Shown: positions 57,069 through 64,000 of the stretch, in pieces
Position numbering within the stretch: position 1 is the stretch's first letter
Layout of the letters: each line of letters opens with the position of its first letter
Source: Octopus vulgaris
Taxonomy: Eukaryota
DNA length: 64,000 nt
NCBI GenBank assembly: GCA_951406725.2
Contig: OX597842.1
Coordinates: 3,162,001 to 3,226,000 of the forward strand
Direction: 5' to 3'
Notes under the pieces: model-generated
The model's input: the letters and a program-made list of their open reading frames with translations, nothing else
The model's database searches: none
Told to the model about the DNA's origin: nothing
Translations under genes and position numbers: made by a program

Positions 57069-57279
57069 AGGCAGAGAGCTAGCAGAATCGTTAGCACCCT
57101 GGGCAGAATGCTTAGCGGTATTTCGCTCGTCTCTACGTTCTGAGATCAAATTCCGCCGAGGTCGACTTTGTCTTTGATCATTTCAAGGTCGATAAAATAA
57201 GTACCAGTTATGCACTGGGGTTAATGTAATCGACTTATTTCCTCCACCAAAATCGCTGCCCTTGTGGAAAAATTTGAAA

Positions 57280-57317
<38 letters not shown>

Positions 57318-57836
57318 GTTATTATTGTTGAGTGAGAGAGCAGTGCATGGCATCAAAGTGACACTACCATCTGATAAGGGTACACCAGGCACATGCATCA
57401 CCATATGTGTGCGACATAGTGATCTCATATCAAGATAAACAGCACATGACCTTGCAGGTGGGGCCCAGTTAGAATTTTCTTCTGGTCAAGTATCCCATCC
57501 CACTCAAATAAGGGTTGTTTAAGGATGTTGAACAAAACACCCATGTTTCCAGAGGTGAATTATCCAAACCCCAAAGAATCCCTCTCAACACACGGCTATG
57601 ATGCTCCCCCACTACTTCTGCTCGTGATCAGAGATGCACATATCGCCAGCCACTAAGGGACATGCTCGACTGGTTAAGGTCAAACAACTGACAAGCAAAT
57701 CTGTGGTATTGAGCAGAATATTTGCTGTAGCCCATCTTTTATACCAAGACAAAACAATGTACATGATAACACTTCCAATCAGTTAAGATCAGAAGCCATG
57801 AGAGCCACTGCCTGGTACTGCATCAGGGCATTTATT

Positions 57837-57905
<69 letters not shown>

Positions 57906-58296
57906 GTGGAGGCGCAATGGCCCATTGGTTAGGGCAGCGGACTCGCGGTCGTAGGATCGCGGTTTCGATTCCCAGACCGGGCGTTGTGAATGTTTATTGA
58001 GCGAAAACACCTAAAGCTCCATGAGGCTCCGGCAGGGATGCTGGTGATCCCTGCTGTACTCTTTCACCACAACTTTCTCTCACTCTTACTTCCTGTTTCT
58101 GTTGTGCCTGCATTTCAAAGGGCCGGCCTTGTCACTCCCTGTGTCAAGCTGAATATCCCCGAGAACTACGTTAAGGGTACACGTGTCTGTGGAGTGCTCA
58201 GCCATTTACACGTTAATTTCACGAGCAGGCTGTTCTGTTGATCGGATCAACCGGAACCCTCGTCGTCGTAACCGACGGAGTGCTTCCACTATTCCA
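57069..58296 (+). mobile_element. Stack in (TTA)n: SINE B (57069-57281), element D (57330-57831), SINE C (57906-58296)
   Basis: Each recognisable from other copies; each separated by TTA repeats. Confidence 0.88.
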
Positions 58297-59278
<982 letters not shown>

Positions 59279-59584
59279 CTGGCAGAATCGTTAGCACGCC
59301 GGATAGGTCTGACGCTAAACCTCAGAAACAACAACAACAACAATAAAAGCAAAAAGGAAAACAGGAAGGAAAGAGAAAGAACTCAAGACCCACCACCAAA
59401 CCCAATCCCGCCATGCCCACCCCTGAACACCTACCGGTAACCATTTCCGTGTAGCTGTAAAAAATATCATAGTAACAGCATTCGGTTACATTTCAATCAC
59501 ACCACTGCCCGTCTTTTTGTAGGTCCTTCTGTCAGTCAGCCTGTCCCTCTGATTGTCTGTGTGTCTGTTTATGAAAGTATGTAT

Positions 59585-60390
<806 letters not shown>

Positions 60391-61325
60391 TCCCTACCTG
60401 ACTGTCTTTTATCAAGTTTTATGTCCGAACACCAGGGTTTCAAATGACACACGTTCGCGTGACATCCTCTGTTTAATGTCCTCGTTGATAATGCTCTCCT
60501 CCACCCGCTCCCCCTTTCTTGTTCTCCTCCTCTTCCTCCTCCACCCTCCTTCTGTACTTTCGTCTCTATCTTCTTCCATCTTCATCACCATAACTACAAC
60601 AGTTGCTAATGACGCGACCATCATCATCACCACCAAACCACCACCACTACTACCACCACCAACACTACCACCAACACCATCACCAACACCACCACCACCA
60701 CCAGCACCACCAGCACCACCGCCACCAACACCACCACCAACACCACCACCACCACCACCACCACCACTGCCACCACCACCACCGCCACCACCACCACCAC
60801 CACCATCACCATCACCACCACTACTTTTAATACCTTTACTGCTACCTCAACTCAACTACTGCTACTACTGCTGCTGTCCTCCCCCTCCTCCTCTTCCTCC
60901 CACTGCAACTACTACTACTACTACTACTACTACTAAGATTTGGCTGCTGTTTCTACTAGGTCTAACCACCATATAGAGTCCTGTCCTCATCGGATTATAC
61001 ATATATACATCTGTAAGACAGTAGTGTTATGTGACGGACGTTTGGCTGCTATTTCTAACAGGTCTATCAACCATGTAGAAGTCTCTCTCATTAGTTCATG
61101 CATACGTATACTAGAATGTAGAATGCGGATACAGAAAGCTTTTTAACGGAGTTTTCACCAAAAGATTCTTCTCAAAGCGCACTTTCTTTTAAACCCGATT
61201 AATATACATTTCTCTTTTAAAACAACCGAGATATTTTGATTCAAAATCAGTTTTTCGCCCTACTCACCCATTTTTGGCCTCAAATATTTTTTCACATCTT
61301 TTTTTTTTTGTTTTTTCAGTGAAGT

Positions 61326-61697
61326 GGCGTAGGAGTGGCTGTGTGGTAAGTAGCTTGCTTACGAACCACATAGTTCCGGGTTCAGTCCCACAGCGTGGCA
61401 CCTTGGGCAGATGTCTTCTACTATAGCCTCGGACCGACCAAAGCCTTGTGAGTCGATTTGGTATGTATGTTTGTGTATGTATATGTTTGTGTGCCTGTGT
61501 TTGTCCTTCCAACATCGCTTGACAACCGATGCTGGTGTCTTTACGTCCCCGTAACTTAACGGTTCGGCAAAAGAGATCGATAGAATAAGCACTAGGCTTA
61601 CAAAGAATAAGCCCTGGGGGCGATTCGTTCGACTAAAGGTGGTGCTCCAGCATGGCCACAGTCAAATGACTGAAAGAAGTAAAAGAGTAAAAGAGAG
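61326..61697 (+). mobile_element. SINE family A with small internal deletion
   Basis: Full head and tail. Confidence 0.9.
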
Positions 61698-62180
61698 AAC
61701 CAAATTTCAATTATGTTGTCTCAAAATGTAGCTTAGGACTGGATCATCGTTGGTAAGAAAACCGCATTCTGTACGATGGAGAAATGAATTCCTGATGAAA
61801 CCTAGAAGCGCTCGCAAGTAACTTAAATTTGATCTTATGAATATATTCACCCAATGACGTAGGTGAATGATATGTAGTCAAATAAGATTCGGGTATAAAC
61901 CTTGTAGAATGCAATGCAATGCTCATACACAGATATTGGCTACCTGATGTCATCATACAGTGGAAATGCCTCTTCTATTAGATATATATATCAGGAATTA
62001 AATAGTATTTGTAAAATTTATATAAATAGATAAGTGGTAGAAAATGGAATGAATAACCAATAATAAATCTCTGAACGAGGTTTAAACAGTAGCTACTTCG
62101 ATATCAGTGACTTTTCGTCACTGGAAAAATGATATATGTATTTGTATTGGGTCCCCTTCGCATCGAAGACCGGTGATTGT

Positions 62181-62225
62181 CGTGCGCTGACGACGGGTAA
62201 ATACTCAGAAACCCGGGTCTATGCG
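62181..62225 (+). ncRNA. Minimal type I hammerhead with palindromic stem III
   Basis: cgtgcg-CTGACGA-c-GGGTA(aa)TACTC-a-GAAACCCGGGTC-tatgcg; GUC triplet; stem I weak. Confidence 0.65.
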
Positions 62226-62439
62226 TATCACGTCAGGTCGACGATGGGAAGGGTGGCTTCCCTTTGCAAATACTGATAGGGCACAGAAAGGGTGTCAATA
62301 GCCAGTGAACTGGAGTAACGTGAAATAAAGTGTTTTGCTCAAGGACACGAACGTCGTCGGGAATCGAACTCATGACCTCACGATCTTAAGGCAAAAACCT
62401 CTAACCCCTAAGCCGCTTTCTTCCTCGGCTTGCAATCAA

Positions 62440-62853
62440 TAAATACCTATTTCTTTACTACCCACAAGGGGCTAAACACAGAGAGGACAAACAAGGACAG
62501 ACAAAGGGATTAAGTCGATTAAGTGCGTAACTGGTAATTATTTAATCGACCTCGAAAGGATAAAAGGCAAAGTCGACCTCGGCGGAATTCGAACTCAGAA
62601 CGTAGCGGCAGACGAAATACCTATTTCTTTACTACCCACAAGGGGCTAAACACAGAGAGAACAAACAAGGACAGACAAACGGATTAAGTCAATTATATCG
62701 ACCCCAGTGCGTAACTGGTACTTATTTAATCGATCCAAAAGGATGAAAGGCAAAGTCGACCTCGGCGGAATTTGAACTTAGAACATAACGGCAGACGAAA
62801 TACTGCTGAGCATTTCGCCCGACGTGCTAACGATTCTGCCAGCTCACTGCCTT
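62440..62853 (-). mobile_element. SINE family B multimer (head + 2 units + partial)
   Basis: aaatacctatttctttactacccacaagggg at about 62441 and 62616. Confidence 0.9.
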
Positions 62854-63089
62854 CAATAAATACAATAAGGCTATGTACACTGATTGGCTCGAGGGCCTAC
62901 AAGGCTGTTAAGACTACCTACACAGTGGCAACCCATTAACACACAAATATACACCTGACAACAGAAACTCAGTACAGTTGTATATACACCCTACTCAACA
63001 CAAAAACAACAAAACCACAAACATGTATAGACATTAGACACACAATTTGGAGACACTTCTTCAACACAACATAAAAAAGAGTTACACAC

Positions 63090-63235
63090 GTTAGCTATGA
63101 TGTAAGAAACTTGCCTCCCAACGACATGGTTCTGGGTTCAGTCCCACCGCGTCGCACCTCGGACAAGTGTTTTCTACTATAGCTTCAAGCTGATCAAAGC
63201 CTTGTGGGTGGATTTCCCCCTAACGGAAACATGAC

Positions 63236-63318
<83 letters not shown>

Positions 63319-63327
63319 TAGCCCGTC

Positions 63328-63370
<43 letters not shown>

Positions 63371-63688
63371 CGCAGGTGTGAGTGTGTGGTAAGAACACAT
63401 TGCTCTTTTCACATTGTTGCCGACCACAAGGTCCCACAGCCAGGCATCTTCTACTATAGCCATAGGCCGACCAAAATCTTATGAGTAGATTTGGTAGACG
63501 GAAACTGAAAAAAGTCGATTGCGAGTGTATATATATATATATAACGGGTGCTGGTTTGTTTACGTTCCCGCACTTTGACAGTTCAGAAAAGCAGAGTGAT
63601 AGAACGAGTATCAGGCTTTAAAGGAAAATAAGAACTGGGGTCGATTCCTTTAACTAGAAATTATTCAAGGCGGTGCCCCAGCATGGCC
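63090..63688 (+). mobile_element. Two diverged SINE family A copies
   Basis: gggttcagtcccac, tcttctactatagc, ttggtagacggaaactgaaa, ggcggtgccccagcatggcc. Confidence 0.75.
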
Positions 63689-64000
63689 TTATATATATGT
63701 ATATATATATACATACATGCACGCACACACACACACGCATATACATACATATACATACATACATAAACATGCATATACATATATATATATATATATGTAC
63801 ACACATAAATGCATGCATGCATGTACACACTCACACAGAAACAGTAAAAAGATAGCAGATGAAAGAACAAGCACACAAAACACAAGTATACGTATTATAC
63901 ACACAATTTAACAACATTTATTCTCCATAACCTAAAATATACACAGTTCGACGCGTAATGGAGTAAACATATTAAATATAACGCACGAAAAAAACATCCA

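Overview
AT-rich, extremely microsatellite-dense eukaryotic DNA. The repeat families resemble octopus/cephalopod repeats, but that is recognition from memory, not a database result. I find no supportable host-gene exon, rRNA, true tRNA or CRISPR array; nearly all long ORFs in the track are translations of (TA)n, (CA)n, (TAA)n, (GAT)n and (TCTA)n repeats. The window is a mosaic of: several tRNA-headed SINE families (my labels A, B, C, K, F); 5'-truncated restriction-like-endonuclease (RLE, R4/Dong-type) LINE ends stacked in (TAA)n arrays; a distinct RLE family sitting in (TACA)n; RTE and CR1-like LINE fragments; a Penelope-like fragment; two internally deleted DD37D (maT-like) Tc1/mariner copies; several fold-back MITEs; and Helitron-like pieces. 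The most interesting signal is a set of minimal type I hammerhead-ribozyme motifs from about five unrelated sequence contexts (10261-10370 inverted pair, 11083, 21767, 62181, and a three-copy variant-core family). Also notable: a CR1-like LINE 3' end that shares a motif and covarying hairpin with the SINE-A tail, and SINE-B multimers that share one precise junction at three dispersed loci.
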